Shown: positions 53,010 through 62,985, numbered from the stretch's first letter. The stretch: DNA of 64,000 bases from a virus (IMGVR_UViG_3300032053_000004:32001-96000), one strand, 5' to 3'. The notes: generated by a model from the sequence alone, not told the origin. Numbers and translations are program-made.

Positions 53010-53510
53010 ATGAAGCCTTCACAAGTCGCTATGGCTCTACGCCATATCGCTTCAGCTATTCAGGCTTCAAAGAATCCTGATCGAAAGCTTGTGGCCCGGG
53101 ATTTAAAGAAAATAATCTCGGTTTTATTAAACAAACCTAGAGAATTAGTTCACAAAAAATTTGTTGAAGCGTGGAAAAAGATCACGGAACCGTTCCGTGA
53201 TCTGGGTGTTAGCGACGAGCCTCTTTACACTGATCCTAAACAAATACCATCCTCAAAAAGAATAAAATATATTGACTTCGGGGATGGATTGGTATTTGTT
53301 TTAAAAGCCCAACCTGGAGTTTATGATAATAAAGATGAGTATAGTATTATATTAGATTTTATGAATCCTATCACTAAATCAGTTGAGCGAGTTTATACAG
53401 GTCCAAAGTGTACCTTGGGAATAACTAAAGATGAATTTGCTGAAATGGTAGACGCAGCATCTGATATTATGAATAATAATCAAAAAAATAAAGCATTTGA
53501 TATAAATTGA
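53010..53510 (+). CDS. KPSQV/SKNPDR-leader protein
   Basis: MKPSQVAMALRHIASAIQASKNPDRKLVARDLKKIISVLLNKP. Confidence 0.75.
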   Translation: MKPSQVAMALRHIASAIQASKNPDRKLVARDLKKIISVLLNKPRELVHKKFVEAWKKITEPFRDLGVSDEPLYTDPKQIPSSKRIKYIDFGDGLVFVLKAQPGVYDNKDEYSIILDFMNPITKSVERVYTGPKCTLGITKDEFAEMVDAASDIMNNNQKNKAFDIN

Positions 53511-53544
53511 TGTTTGGGCTTCTTTTAGCCTGTTCCGATGAATA

Positions 53545-54456
53545 ATGTCCTCGACTGTTGTAGGTGGCGGTTCATTTCAGTTCTCATTATCCTCTACTGG
53601 GGGTATTTGGCGCTGGTCTGTTCAGGCTGATAATATTCAAGGTGCTGGTCAATTTTATTCAGTCACTGATATTTTAACTCCATATGGGAAAATCATAGAC
53701 GCGGCCATTCCTCTCCCAGGGAATGTAGTTCTTTCCATGGCTGGTTCAATTGAACAAGTCATGCAACAGTTATCTTCTTATCTGGATGTTATTGGTCCGG
53801 TTATTTTCAATGTCATTGTAACTGAAGGCGGACCCCAAGTTATTGTGGGGGTTACTCAAATTCAGAATTCTGGAGCCATCGGTTCCTTCCTCACAGCTCT
53901 TTCTTCTTCAGATTCTCCTTGGCTGTTTTCTAACCCGACTGCCATAAGCGGGCTTGGGCGTGGACAATCGGGACAGTTTTCTTTAAAGATTAACCCTGGT
54001 ATCCTTTTGTTTACAGATTCGCCATATACCGGTCGCGTAAATCTCCAAAATAGTCAAAATTTGTCTACTGTTATTCCAATATTAGTAAATGTTACAGTTC
54101 TCCCAAGACCGGAAATTTTGGTTTCCCCAATAGTTATTAATCTATTTTTTAGTTTAATAACTGAATCTTCAAATGGTGCTCAACAACTCACTGTGACCAA
54201 CGATGGTCCTGTCGGATCTGTTTTGGATTTCACTACTGCTAAACTACAAAATAATAGCCCCTGGTTGGCTATCATACCCACCACAGGCGGTCCTTTAAAC
54301 GCTGGAGAGAGTTCCATCATAACTCTTTCCCTTATGAATTCTAATGTTCCGAGAATACCCGGAACATATTCTGATATACTTCGGGTGCAATCTTCTACTG
54401 CTTCCAACAATCCTATAGATGTGCCAGTCAATCTAATCGTGACTGGTCCGATTTGA
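53545..54456 (+). CDS. Ig-like/BACON-type domain virion protein
   Basis: two beta-rich repeats each with SPWL; L.V.N.G, L.V.S....NP..VPV.L.V. Confidence 0.6.
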   Translation: MSSTVVGGGSFQFSLSSTGGIWRWSVQADNIQGAGQFYSVTDILTPYGKIIDAAIPLPGNVVLSMAGSIEQVMQQLSSYLDVIGPVIFNVIVTEGGPQVIVGVTQIQNSGAIGSFLTALSSSDSPWLFSNPTAISGLGRGQSGQFSLKINPGILLFTDSPYTGRVNLQNSQNLSTVIPILVNVTVLPRPEILVSPIVINLFFSLITESSNGAQQLTVTNDGPVGSVLDFTTAKLQNNSPWLAIIPTTGGPLNAGESSIITLSLMNSNVPRIPGTYSDILRVQSSTASNNPIDVPVNLIVTGPI

Positions 54457-54496
54457 TCCTAAGCTTGTTGTCTTCCGTGTTAATAGGTTAGGTAAT

Positions 54497-54754
54497 ATGG
54501 TACTCAAGATAGAGAATTTCCGGTTTTCATCGAGTTCAGTCGATGATTTCCCATCTCCTGATTCTTCAACCATAAGATCTGCCAGTGGGCGGGTCAGAAT
54601 CGCCAGTTTAAATGATCTTGGTGGTTTCCGTGTCGCAGAAGATGACACTTTAGTTCGTATTTCCCAAAAAGATTTTTGGAAATTAGGTCAAGACGAAAAC
54701 GGGTTTTTCATAGAAAGACTTGTTGATGACGATTTAGGTCCGATATTAGGATAA
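54497..54754 (+). CDS. hypothetical (probable prohead) protein
   Basis: RVRIAS motif, DFW; in head cluster. Confidence 0.6.
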   Translation: MVLKIENFRFSSSSVDDFPSPDSSTIRSASGRVRIASLNDLGGFRVAEDDTLVRISQKDFWKLGQDENGFFIERLVDDDLGPILG

Positions 54755-54757
54755 CTC

Positions 54758-56008
54758 ATGCCTATGGATATCCGTAAAGTAGCTTCCAGAGTTGCGATCG
54801 CTAGTGGTCAAGTTAGGACCGCTGGTGTTATTCAATTCCAAAAAGACCAAGGCCCGGTTCGACGTGACATCCGTGTTGATGGGTATGAATGGACTCCTGA
54901 TAGTCTCCGAAATCTAGCCAAAATCCTGTGGGCGTCTCAAAGAGCCCATAGTTATGCCATGTCGGCGTTTAGAATTTTTTCTAAAATGCCATCCTCTCAG
55001 TTCAGCCCTGATGGTCTCATGGGCGGTCGTGGATATATACAATCTATCAAAGATTTGCGTGCGAATTTAGCAAGCTCTGTTGAAATATTATCTTCTTTTA
55101 CTGATACTGTCCATGACGAGATAAACGCGGATCACTGGCGTACAGCTGGTGATTCAGAAGAAGTTTCAGAAGAAGTTTCGGACGCTGTTGAAGACGCTGC
55201 AGATATTAAAGCAAACCCTGAACAATTTGTAGAAAACGAATATACTGAAGAAATTAAGAATCCGGATCCGGATGATTATAATCCATCTGTTGAGTCGGAT
55301 GAGGAAGAAGAAGACGACGAAGAGGATGAAGATTCCTCCGGATTTTCGCAGACTTCTTCAAAAAGAGAAAAAGACGAAGAATTAAAAAAAAAGTTAAGTC
55401 AATCGGCTTTGCCGACTGATGAGAAAGAACAAAGCGTCGGTCTTTCTGATGTAGAAAAACTGATGCATACAACTTCTAGTTATGATGAAATCATCAAGAA
55501 AAAACATATAATTCGTCGTATTGCCAATTCTATCCAATCAATCCCTGGCGGACTATATCCGAACCCTGTTCTTGATCGTCGTGGCCCGGGAGCAGGTACT
55601 GGAGACTTCGGATCCGGTTATAATCCGCCTTGTGATGCTCCATCCGATGATCCGATGGGCGATGGTATGTCTAGCGGAGTTGAAGAAACTCAGTATTTAT
55701 ATGAAGGTCCTGATGCTAATGGAGATGGCGTTACAGGGTACGATGCTCCAACGACCGGGGATCTGACTAAATTAAAAACTTCTGCGGAAAGAGTTGCTAG
55801 AGTTGAAGGATATTCTTGGCTTCCTGGTTCCAGGAACGAGAAGAGTATGGATTATTATCAAAGAGGTTTATCCGATATTGATGTAGCATGGATGCGCGCC
55901 CATGATTCTCCCAATTTAGGAGAGATTGATCCTGACGCTGTGCAGCGGAGGAAAGATAGGGAAGTTTCCAGTCTATTTTGGGATAAAGGAATAAATCGTG
56001 CCTTCTAG
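54758..56008 (+). CDS. acidic KVASRVA-leader protein (probable prohead core/scaffold)
   Basis: MPMDIRKVASRVA..RTAG; internal RRIAN and KTSAERVARVE; long acidic stretches. Confidence 0.6.
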   Translation: MPMDIRKVASRVAIASGQVRTAGVIQFQKDQGPVRRDIRVDGYEWTPDSLRNLAKILWASQRAHSYAMSAFRIFSKMPSSQFSPDGLMGGRGYIQSIKDLRANLASSVEILSSFTDTVHDEINADHWRTAGDSEEVSEEVSDAVEDAADIKANPEQFVENEYTEEIKNPDPDDYNPSVESDEEEEDDEEDEDSSGFSQTSSKREKDEELKKKLSQSALPTDEKEQSVGLSDVEKLMHTTSSYDEIIKKKHIIRRIANSIQSIPGGLYPNPVLDRRGPGAGTGDFGSGYNPPCDAPSDDPMGDGMSSGVEETQYLYEGPDANGDGVTGYDAPTTGDLTKLKTSAERVARVEGYSWLPGSRNEKSMDYYQRGLSDIDVAWMRAHDSPNLGEIDPDAVQRRKDREVSSLFWDKGINRAF

Positions 56009-57146
56009 TTTACCTACAGAAAGTGCTCTTCCGAAAGCTGTTAAGGATTTCGGAATTGGCCCTTATGATGCTTCTTTATCCGATTCACTTCATGGGGAAG
56101 ACGATGAAGGTCGGGACGGTCCGAAAACATCTTTACCAGATGGTGGCGGATCAACTGCTATCTCCCCCGAACTTTTAATTAGTTATCCATCCAATAGTTC
56201 TCCTAGATCTTCATCTGCATTAATTCCTGGAGACTATGATAGACCGCCCTCTAGTCCTCATGATGACAGAAAAAGAGGAATTTATTTATCTCAATCCAAG
56301 CTTCCTGACGGGTTAGAACCCTCAGCAAGATCAGATTATTATGATCATATGACTACTGGACAAAATGGGAAACATCCTCCCGGGCAAAGTATAAATGATA
56401 TATGGCCCTCAGAAAACTCTGGGGTTTATGCTCAAGAAGATAAAGAGGGATGCGATTCACTCCCATCTCCTAATAAAAACGATTTTTCTCATGGAAATAC
56501 TTTAGAACCTTATGGAAACGCTTGGTCTGGTTATGGGGTTGAAGATTTAAGTCAATTTACTGGAGCTCCGAATGCTCCCGATTTATATTACGAGCAGACT
56601 AACGAGCCGAACTCTGGAGGTACGATTTTGTCGAACATTAAACCGTTTCATTTAAACTCGGTTCTTTCATCTTTCGCAAAAGATGAAATTTCTCTTGGAG
56701 AAACTGTAGATCAATTGGATATTTATTTGAATAGTGCAGACAAGGTTAAATCAAATTTAAAAGTGTCTAAGACAGCCACTGATTTGGAAGCTTCAGGTAA
56801 GCTTGCTTCTGAAGTTTTGAAAGAATATGGGAAGAAGGATTTAACTCGTCGTCAAATCCTTGAATACCTCCAAAATAATGGTCTCGGTCATAAACAGTTT
56901 TTAGCCAGTGATATTATACGGTGTCTTAAACACCGGCATGAAGTTTACGTACAGGATAATATGGATACCTTCCCAATCGCCAAAAACGCTAGTGAGAATA
57001 GTTTAAGAGGTATTCACGCACAGCTCGTGAATCTTCATGTTGCTCATTCTCATATCCCTGAAGCTTCCGAAATTCTTTTAGAGTGCTCTGCCAGGATAGC
57101 CAAATCAATGGCTTTGGCTGAAAAGTCCGAGAGTCAAAATGGCTAA
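55998..57146 (+). CDS. low-complexity Pro/Ser/Asp-rich protein (probable prohead core)
   Basis: repeated S.S.LP motifs; KTA, KLAS, KNAS motifs. Confidence 0.55.
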   Translation: MPSSLPTESALPKAVKDFGIGPYDASLSDSLHGEDDEGRDGPKTSLPDGGGSTAISPELLISYPSNSSPRSSSALIPGDYDRPPSSPHDDRKRGIYLSQSKLPDGLEPSARSDYYDHMTTGQNGKHPPGQSINDIWPSENSGVYAQEDKEGCDSLPSPNKNDFSHGNTLEPYGNAWSGYGVEDLSQFTGAPNAPDLYYEQTNEPNSGGTILSNIKPFHLNSVLSSFAKDEISLGETVDQLDIYLNSADKVKSNLKVSKTATDLEASGKLASEVLKEYGKKDLTRRQILEYLQNNGLGHKQFLASDIIRCLKHRHEVYVQDNMDTFPIAKNASENSLRGIHAQLVNLHVAHSHIPEASEILLECSARIAKSMALAEKSESQNG

Positions 57147-59055
57147 GAAAATAGACGTATCAACCGGAATTGGTGATATAACGGACATCCTGAATGATCA
57201 GGGTGTTGCGGATCTTTCCTGGTTGAATGTCAGTGAAGCTGACTATAGAGCTTTGGAAACTCTTCCTAAGCAGAATCTTGATATGATTCCTGAGCTTTCT
57301 CATGCCTTGACTAGAGAGCCGGGTAGCAATGTCCCGTTTGTAATTCCTATACGTCCTAATGTTATTGTAAATCAACAACCGAGTCTTGGATGGAGTCCTC
57401 CTCGGGATACAACCTCTCCTGTTCGTGATCGGGTTTCCCGCCTTGTTATGGCCGGACATAAGCCGTCTGAAATTCAAGAGAAGCTTTCTCTTGAATTTTC
57501 TAATAAACAAATTCAGCTAGCCGGCTCCTTGATCAAGGAGGTTATCCAGGAGAGAGGTCTTCTGGGAAACGTTTATATAAATTCTGCTCATTTTCCTCGT
57601 TGTTCTCAAGGTTACTCAGAAGATAAAAAATTCGTAGCTTCTCACGCTAAGGAAGCTCTTTTTATTCTTGCAAAAGATGAGTGTGCTGGGTGCGTATGTG
57701 CTCGAGGCGGTACTTGTTCGGTATTTAAGAAGAGAATCACTAGTTCCATACCATATGATGATAAGACTCTTTCCTATTATTCTCCAAAATTAGCTTCCGA
57801 AGGGAAGACTATTTCTAAGGATGGTAATGCGAAGGTTCGTCTTCGTATGGCCTTCTTGGATAATCCAAGAAGAGTGTCTTCTGAGCCTGTCCTTAGGGTC
57901 CAAGAACAACACCATCCTAAACCCGTTCAAGCATCTGAAGCATCCGTCAAAGCCTATTTGGAGCGTGCGGCGACCCCTTCAACGAAGGTAGAACCTCTTC
58001 CAAGCCCGTCTTATATGGCTTATGCCCGCCGGATGATGGCAGGAGCTAATGATACTAAGATTTTAACCGGTTCCCCCGACCCTGATCTTCGGAAGCTTGC
58101 TGGTTTATATGGAATATTAGGACATACGTATCTAGATATGGATGTTCTTGGAGGATGTCGGAATACCGTTGCTTTTGTTAAAAAATATGGGTCTCCGGAT
58201 TTTATTATTCGCAGAAGAGCTGTTTGTGAAATATGTAAGGGGCTTCCTGACGGTGGTTGTGCCCAACTCTGCCATTCGTCAAGAATCGTTTCCAATACCC
58301 CTACTGTAGGGAAGGTTGCGTTTTTAGGCGCTGTTGAACGAGCAGTTCTTGAGAATCGTTTAACTACTAAATTAGCATCTTCTATTGTTTCTTCAATTAA
58401 ATCTGACTCTAATAATTGGGGTCGTTTAACTGCTACCATCAACCTTTTTAAGCCTGGGAATAAAGAAACCCCTATATATGAAAAGGGCAGCGTTTCTTTC
58501 TTCCATGGGAGCACCAGTTCTGAAAATACTTCTGTCGATATAGACCCTGAAGAAATTCGGAGATTTATATCTCATCTTATGAATACCGGAATGCGTGGTC
58601 AGAGTTTGACTTCTGCAGTCCTTAGTCGCTATACTAAATCAAATTTATCTGAAAATCCTACGGCAGTCCGTTCAGCGGCTGAAAACAATGGAATTCAAGG
58701 TTTCTATTATATAGATCCTACTGCTTATAACGATTACGGTCATGGTTGTACAGCGGGTTCTTCTCAATTTAGGAAGCGCGGAGCTAAATATATATTAGCT
58801 AGTTCTTCTTGCACCGGGTGTGTTCTTCAAACATCTCCTGGATGGTGCTCTAAATATGCTAAAGAAATGATCCGGCAGGTGCCGGAGTCAGTAAAAGCTG
58901 ATTTTAAGAAAAAGTCCCTACCGGTAATTCATGCCGCTGTTGAAAATCCGGTTGAAAAATATCAACTTGATGATGGCATGAATTTCGATGTTTCGGGTAG
59001 TTCGAAATCTGTTTTAGATATAAATATTTCGCATCCTGAATTGCAAAACATATAA
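57139..59055 (+). CDS. large Cys-rich protein with three internal repeats
   Basis: three copies of G[LI][LQ]G..Y[IL][DN]...C followed by Cys clusters. Confidence 0.7.
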   Translation: MAKKIDVSTGIGDITDILNDQGVADLSWLNVSEADYRALETLPKQNLDMIPELSHALTREPGSNVPFVIPIRPNVIVNQQPSLGWSPPRDTTSPVRDRVSRLVMAGHKPSEIQEKLSLEFSNKQIQLAGSLIKEVIQERGLLGNVYINSAHFPRCSQGYSEDKKFVASHAKEALFILAKDECAGCVCARGGTCSVFKKRITSSIPYDDKTLSYYSPKLASEGKTISKDGNAKVRLRMAFLDNPRRVSSEPVLRVQEQHHPKPVQASEASVKAYLERAATPSTKVEPLPSPSYMAYARRMMAGANDTKILTGSPDPDLRKLAGLYGILGHTYLDMDVLGGCRNTVAFVKKYGSPDFIIRRRAVCEICKGLPDGGCAQLCHSSRIVSNTPTVGKVAFLGAVERAVLENRLTTKLASSIVSSIKSDSNNWGRLTATINLFKPGNKETPIYEKGSVSFFHGSTSSENTSVDIDPEEIRRFISHLMNTGMRGQSLTSAVLSRYTKSNLSENPTAVRSAAENNGIQGFYYIDPTAYNDYGHGCTAGSSQFRKRGAKYILASSSCTGCVLQTSPGWCSKYAKEMIRQVPESVKADFKKKSLPVIHAAVENPVEKYQLDDGMNFDVSGSSKSVLDINISHPELQNI

Positions 59056-59077
59056 GTTTATAGTATAGTTTTAAAAT

Positions 59078-59647
59078 ATGGGTAATGTTTCGAACCGTAA
59101 TAATGGAAAAATCTTAAGATTACCTGGCGGATCGGAGGTAAATTCTTCAGATATAGGGGCAGAATATGTCGTTGGGCAAGGCGGGGACATGCCTTTGTCC
59201 GAAATCGTTGATCCAACTGACGCTAGTAAAGATTATAGAGAACGTGAGATATTTGTCCAAGATGAACAAATAGTTCAAGCTGTCATCAATAAATCTTCAA
59301 CCTCCGACTTAATTGATATTGTTTTATTAGAAATATCAGAAGAATTATCCCATCTAAAATGGGAGAGAAAACAATCAGCTCTGAATGGGAAATCAACCAT
59401 AAATCATACTATAGCTAGAATAGCTAGTCTTAAACAATTATCTGAAATTTTGATTAAAAGAAAAGAAATTAATTTAAATGATGATTTTAATTTAAAATCC
59501 CCCAAATTCCAAAAAGTATTTGAAATTTGGATGAATTTCTTCTATGACTCTATGGTTAAAGTTGGTGTAGACGAAAAAATCATAGATTTAGTTTTCAATC
59601 AAATGAAGGCAGATATGGTGGATTGGGAGCTTCAAATGAAGTCTTAA
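59078..59647 (+). CDS. probable terminase small subunit
   Basis: helical 189-aa protein upstream of TerL; positional only. Confidence 0.4.
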   Translation: MGNVSNRNNGKILRLPGGSEVNSSDIGAEYVVGQGGDMPLSEIVDPTDASKDYREREIFVQDEQIVQAVINKSSTSDLIDIVLLEISEELSHLKWERKQSALNGKSTINHTIARIASLKQLSEILIKRKEINLNDDFNLKSPKFQKVFEIWMNFFYDSMVKVGVDEKIIDLVFNQMKADMVDWELQMKS

Positions 59648-59660
59648 TGCTACTACCAAG

Positions 59661-60431
59661 GTGAATCCATTGATAGTTTATTGTCATATTCACGTTGAAT
59701 CAAACAGACGTTATATTGGTTTAACTAAACATTCCACCTTTTCAACGTGGAACAGACATGTTTATTCCGCAAATAAGATAAAGAATGGGAAATTTTATAT
59801 AACTAGTCATTTTTCGAATGCAATTAGAAAATATGGAAAGGATGCATTTTCCCATGAAATTTTAGGAAAAAATTTAACTTTGGAAGAAGCTAATGAATTA
59901 GAAAAAGAGAAAATTTTAGAATTTGATACTAGAAACCCAGAAAAGGGTTTTAATATAATGAAAGGAGGCGGATTTTATCAATCAAATAAAATAAAAAATC
60001 CTTGGGATAGACCAGAGTATAGAGCGAAGATGTTACCATTACTTCGTAAAACCCCAAAAACAAAAGCTAAAATATCCGCTTCTTTAATGGGCCACGTTAT
60101 GAATGAAGATACGAAGAAAAAAATATCTATCGCTGGTAAAGGAAAAATATTAAACTCTGAAATCAGGAAAAAAATCGCAGTATCAAATACTGGAAAATTT
60201 CATACTGTAGAATCGAAATTAAGAATGTCTAATATTCAAAAATCTATTGCGGCAACATCAGATTCTAAGGTTAAGAGATCAAAAGCGACTAAAGGCAGGA
60301 TTTTGAGTTTTGAAACTAAATTGAATTTATCGAAAATAAATACTGGAAAATCGATCTCTATTGAAACGCGATTAAAAATTTCCAATTCTATGAAGAAATA
60401 TAAAATGGAAAATTTATCATGCCTAGTGTAG
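59661..60431 (+). mobile_element. free-standing GIY-YIG homing endonuclease with NUMOD3 repeats
   Basis: IVY...RYIGLT, R...H, E, N..KGFN..GG; repeats G..H/L..E.K..IS. Confidence 0.85.
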
Positions 60432-62359
60432 AGAAGATCGAACAAAGCGTTTTAACGGGAACCATATCTGGTTTCTTGGATAAAAAACGATCTTCTCGAG
60501 CTCGAACCGAACAAGATTCAAATTTTCTAAATATTATTGATTTCATTGAAAGGTTTAAACTCCTACCTTATGGACTTTTTCCGGTTCAAAAATTTTTAGT
60601 CAAATTATATTATAGTATTCCCTTAGAAGATAAAGAAAAAACTATTAAAATAACTGATAGATTTAATACTAAAACTCTCTATAATTTGACTGAAGTTGAG
60701 TATCTTCATTATTTACACGACCAAGGTCGTTGCAATATTAAAGAACAAGATGAACGAATTCGAAATGAGTTAATTTTAGTTCTCGGAAGGCGTTCCGGTA
60801 AAAGTACTTTAAGTGCTCTTTTTGCAGTTTACGAAATGTATAAGCTTCTTTGTCGGGGAAACCCTCAAGCTTATTACGGTCTTCCTGCTGGTAACGAAAT
60901 ATTGCTTTTTTGTGTTGCTAACGATAAAGATCAAGCCTCTATCGTATATAACGAAATGAGTGGTCATATTGAGCAGATGGATTTCTTTAAATTTGCTCGA
61001 GCTAATTTTACTCAAACATATATTAGATTTAGAACTGATGCTGATAGACAAAAATTCGGAGAACGTGGAAAAGCTACTTTAAAAGCTACTTTCAAGAGTT
61101 CTATTGCTAAAGGCCTCCGTGGTCGCGGAACTATTCTTTTAATTTTAGACGAGCTTGCATTCTTTGTTGATAAGGGTAACTCTTCCGGAGAAAAAGTTTA
61201 CCGAGCGATTGTTCCTTCTACTGCTGCATTTTCTCCTAAAGACCCGATTAATAGACATATTCCACTAGGCCCATCTGACGGAAAAGTTGTTTCTATTTCA
61301 TCTCCCGATGCTAAAGAAGGGTTTTTTTATAAATTATATCAAACCTCTATGGAAAACTCTCCGGCCTCTAGAAATATGCTTATGATTCAAGCTCCGACTT
61401 GGGAAGTGAATCCAACTATTTCCAGTGATTATTATGAAGTTGAATATAGTAAAGATCCGAAGAAATTTGGAACTGAATTTGGGTCTGAGTTCTCTGACCG
61501 TGTTCGTGGTTGGATAGAAGATTCTAAAGATTTAACCGATTGCATAATTCCTGACCTTCGTCCTAAAACTCGTGGGATTCCGAGAAAGCCTCACTTTGCC
61601 GGGGTAGACTTTGGAATAGTTAACGACGGAACTAGTGTATCTATAACTCATTTAAATAATGGGAAAATTGAACTTGCATATCATGAAGTTTGGTATGCAA
61701 AAAAGAAATGGAAAGAATCAAACCCACATCTAGAGCATCCTCTTGTAGATTATGCGTTAACTCTTCAAGACAGAAACCGATTAGACCTCGATGCCATATC
61801 TGAGTGGCTAAAGATTCTTGCTAAAAATTTCTTTATTTATAAAGGAATTTTTGATCAATGGGCAGGTCCCGTTTTTGAGCAGGCGTTACATAAAAATGGT
61901 CTGACTCAGTTTGAACAACGAAATTTCTTTCCAACTGATTCTTCTAATATGTATCAGACATTCAAAATGTTTATGTACAATAAACAATTAGCACTATATG
62001 ACTGGCCTGTTCCTGAAGCTATATCATTTGATGCTAGTGCTTCCGTATTTCGTCATTCTCCGTTAATCTCAGAAATTCTTGAACTTCAGGCTTCTTCTGA
62101 AGGTAAAAATATAATTATAGTAGAAGCTCCGAAGGTTCCTGGAAAACACGATGATCAGTCTGACTCTATAGCTCGAAGTGTTCTTTTAGCTTCGGAGTAT
62201 ATTAAAGCTAACCCTGGTATATTGGAACATAACGTCACTATGTCAAATTTACCCCCAGGCGGGCCGTCTACCGGTTATCATCAATATTTGAAAATGAGGA
62301 ACAGGATGCATGGAGTTGTCCGGGAAAGAATTCCTCCTAGAATTCAGCGACGTCGCTGA
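60419..62359 (+). CDS. terL: terminase large subunit
   Basis: LGRRSGKS Walker A, LILDE Walker B, ISSP, GVDFG, FDQW, HDDQSD. Confidence 0.9.
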   Translation: MPSVEKIEQSVLTGTISGFLDKKRSSRARTEQDSNFLNIIDFIERFKLLPYGLFPVQKFLVKLYYSIPLEDKEKTIKITDRFNTKTLYNLTEVEYLHYLHDQGRCNIKEQDERIRNELILVLGRRSGKSTLSALFAVYEMYKLLCRGNPQAYYGLPAGNEILLFCVANDKDQASIVYNEMSGHIEQMDFFKFARANFTQTYIRFRTDADRQKFGERGKATLKATFKSSIAKGLRGRGTILLILDELAFFVDKGNSSGEKVYRAIVPSTAAFSPKDPINRHIPLGPSDGKVVSISSPDAKEGFFYKLYQTSMENSPASRNMLMIQAPTWEVNPTISSDYYEVEYSKDPKKFGTEFGSEFSDRVRGWIEDSKDLTDCIIPDLRPKTRGIPRKPHFAGVDFGIVNDGTSVSITHLNNGKIELAYHEVWYAKKKWKESNPHLEHPLVDYALTLQDRNRLDLDAISEWLKILAKNFFIYKGIFDQWAGPVFEQALHKNGLTQFEQRNFFPTDSSNMYQTFKMFMYNKQLALYDWPVPEAISFDASASVFRHSPLISEILELQASSEGKNIIIVEAPKVPGKHDDQSDSIARSVLLASEYIKANPGILEHNVTMSNLPPGGPSTGYHQYLKMRNRMHGVVRERIPPRIQRRR

Positions 62360-62380
62360 ATTGCTTATGCTCCATTACTG

Positions 62381-62647
62381 TTGATGGATGATTTAGGTCT
62401 TAAGGATACTATTGCTTGGCGGATAATTCGTCAAGTAGTAGATCATACTTGGGGTGATGAAGAATTTGACGATGAAGAATTTTTAGAGTTGTGTGTTAAC
62501 TTTGTGAAAAATGGCGGCTCTTGGCAAGCTCTTATGGACGGGGATATGGATAGCGTTAAAGCTCTTGAGAATTCTATAGACTCTTTTATGAAAGAAAGAT
62601 CTAAATCGGATGACCCGTCTGACCTTAAAGAATTTCTAAATTGGTAA
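62381..62647 (+). CDS. hypothetical acidic protein
   Basis: ORF track. Confidence 0.55.
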   Translation: MMDDLGLKDTIAWRIIRQVVDHTWGDEEFDDEEFLELCVNFVKNGGSWQALMDGDMDSVKALENSIDSFMKERSKSDDPSDLKEFLNW

Positions 62648-62985
62648 GGTTGTCCGTGGTTAAGAATAATCTCGCTAATAACCTCGAAATCCAAGAAAAA
62701 GTCGAAGAAATACTCTCAGCACTTAAAAGTGTTCAATCTGATATTGATCACCAAGACTCCTCATTAAATAATATTATGATTAATCTTTCAAGGTTGGAAA
62801 GAACTATTAAATCGGACCGGAATCTAAGACGGTTTAGGTTTGATAAAAGAATTCATTTAGATACTTTTCTAAAATCTATACAATCTATGAAATCCCAGCT
62901 TTCCAAGACCTCTAAAGATATGGAAAAGGTTTGCGCTTCTCATAAGGATTCTTCGTGGATACCTGAAGAATCGGTATTTGAATAA
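62641..62985 (+). CDS. hypothetical coiled-coil protein
   Basis: ORF track; TAATG coupling with portal. Confidence 0.55.
   Translation: MVRLSVVKNNLANNLEIQEKVEEILSALKSVQSDIDHQDSSLNNIMINLSRLERTIKSDRNLRRFRFDKRIHLDTFLKSIQSMKSQLSKTSKDMEKVCASHKDSSWIPEESVFE

Noticed and set aside
14024-62694. Numerous 60-160 aa track ORFs antisense to or nested in core genes
   Set aside because: They overlap well-supported genes and have no motifs or start signals
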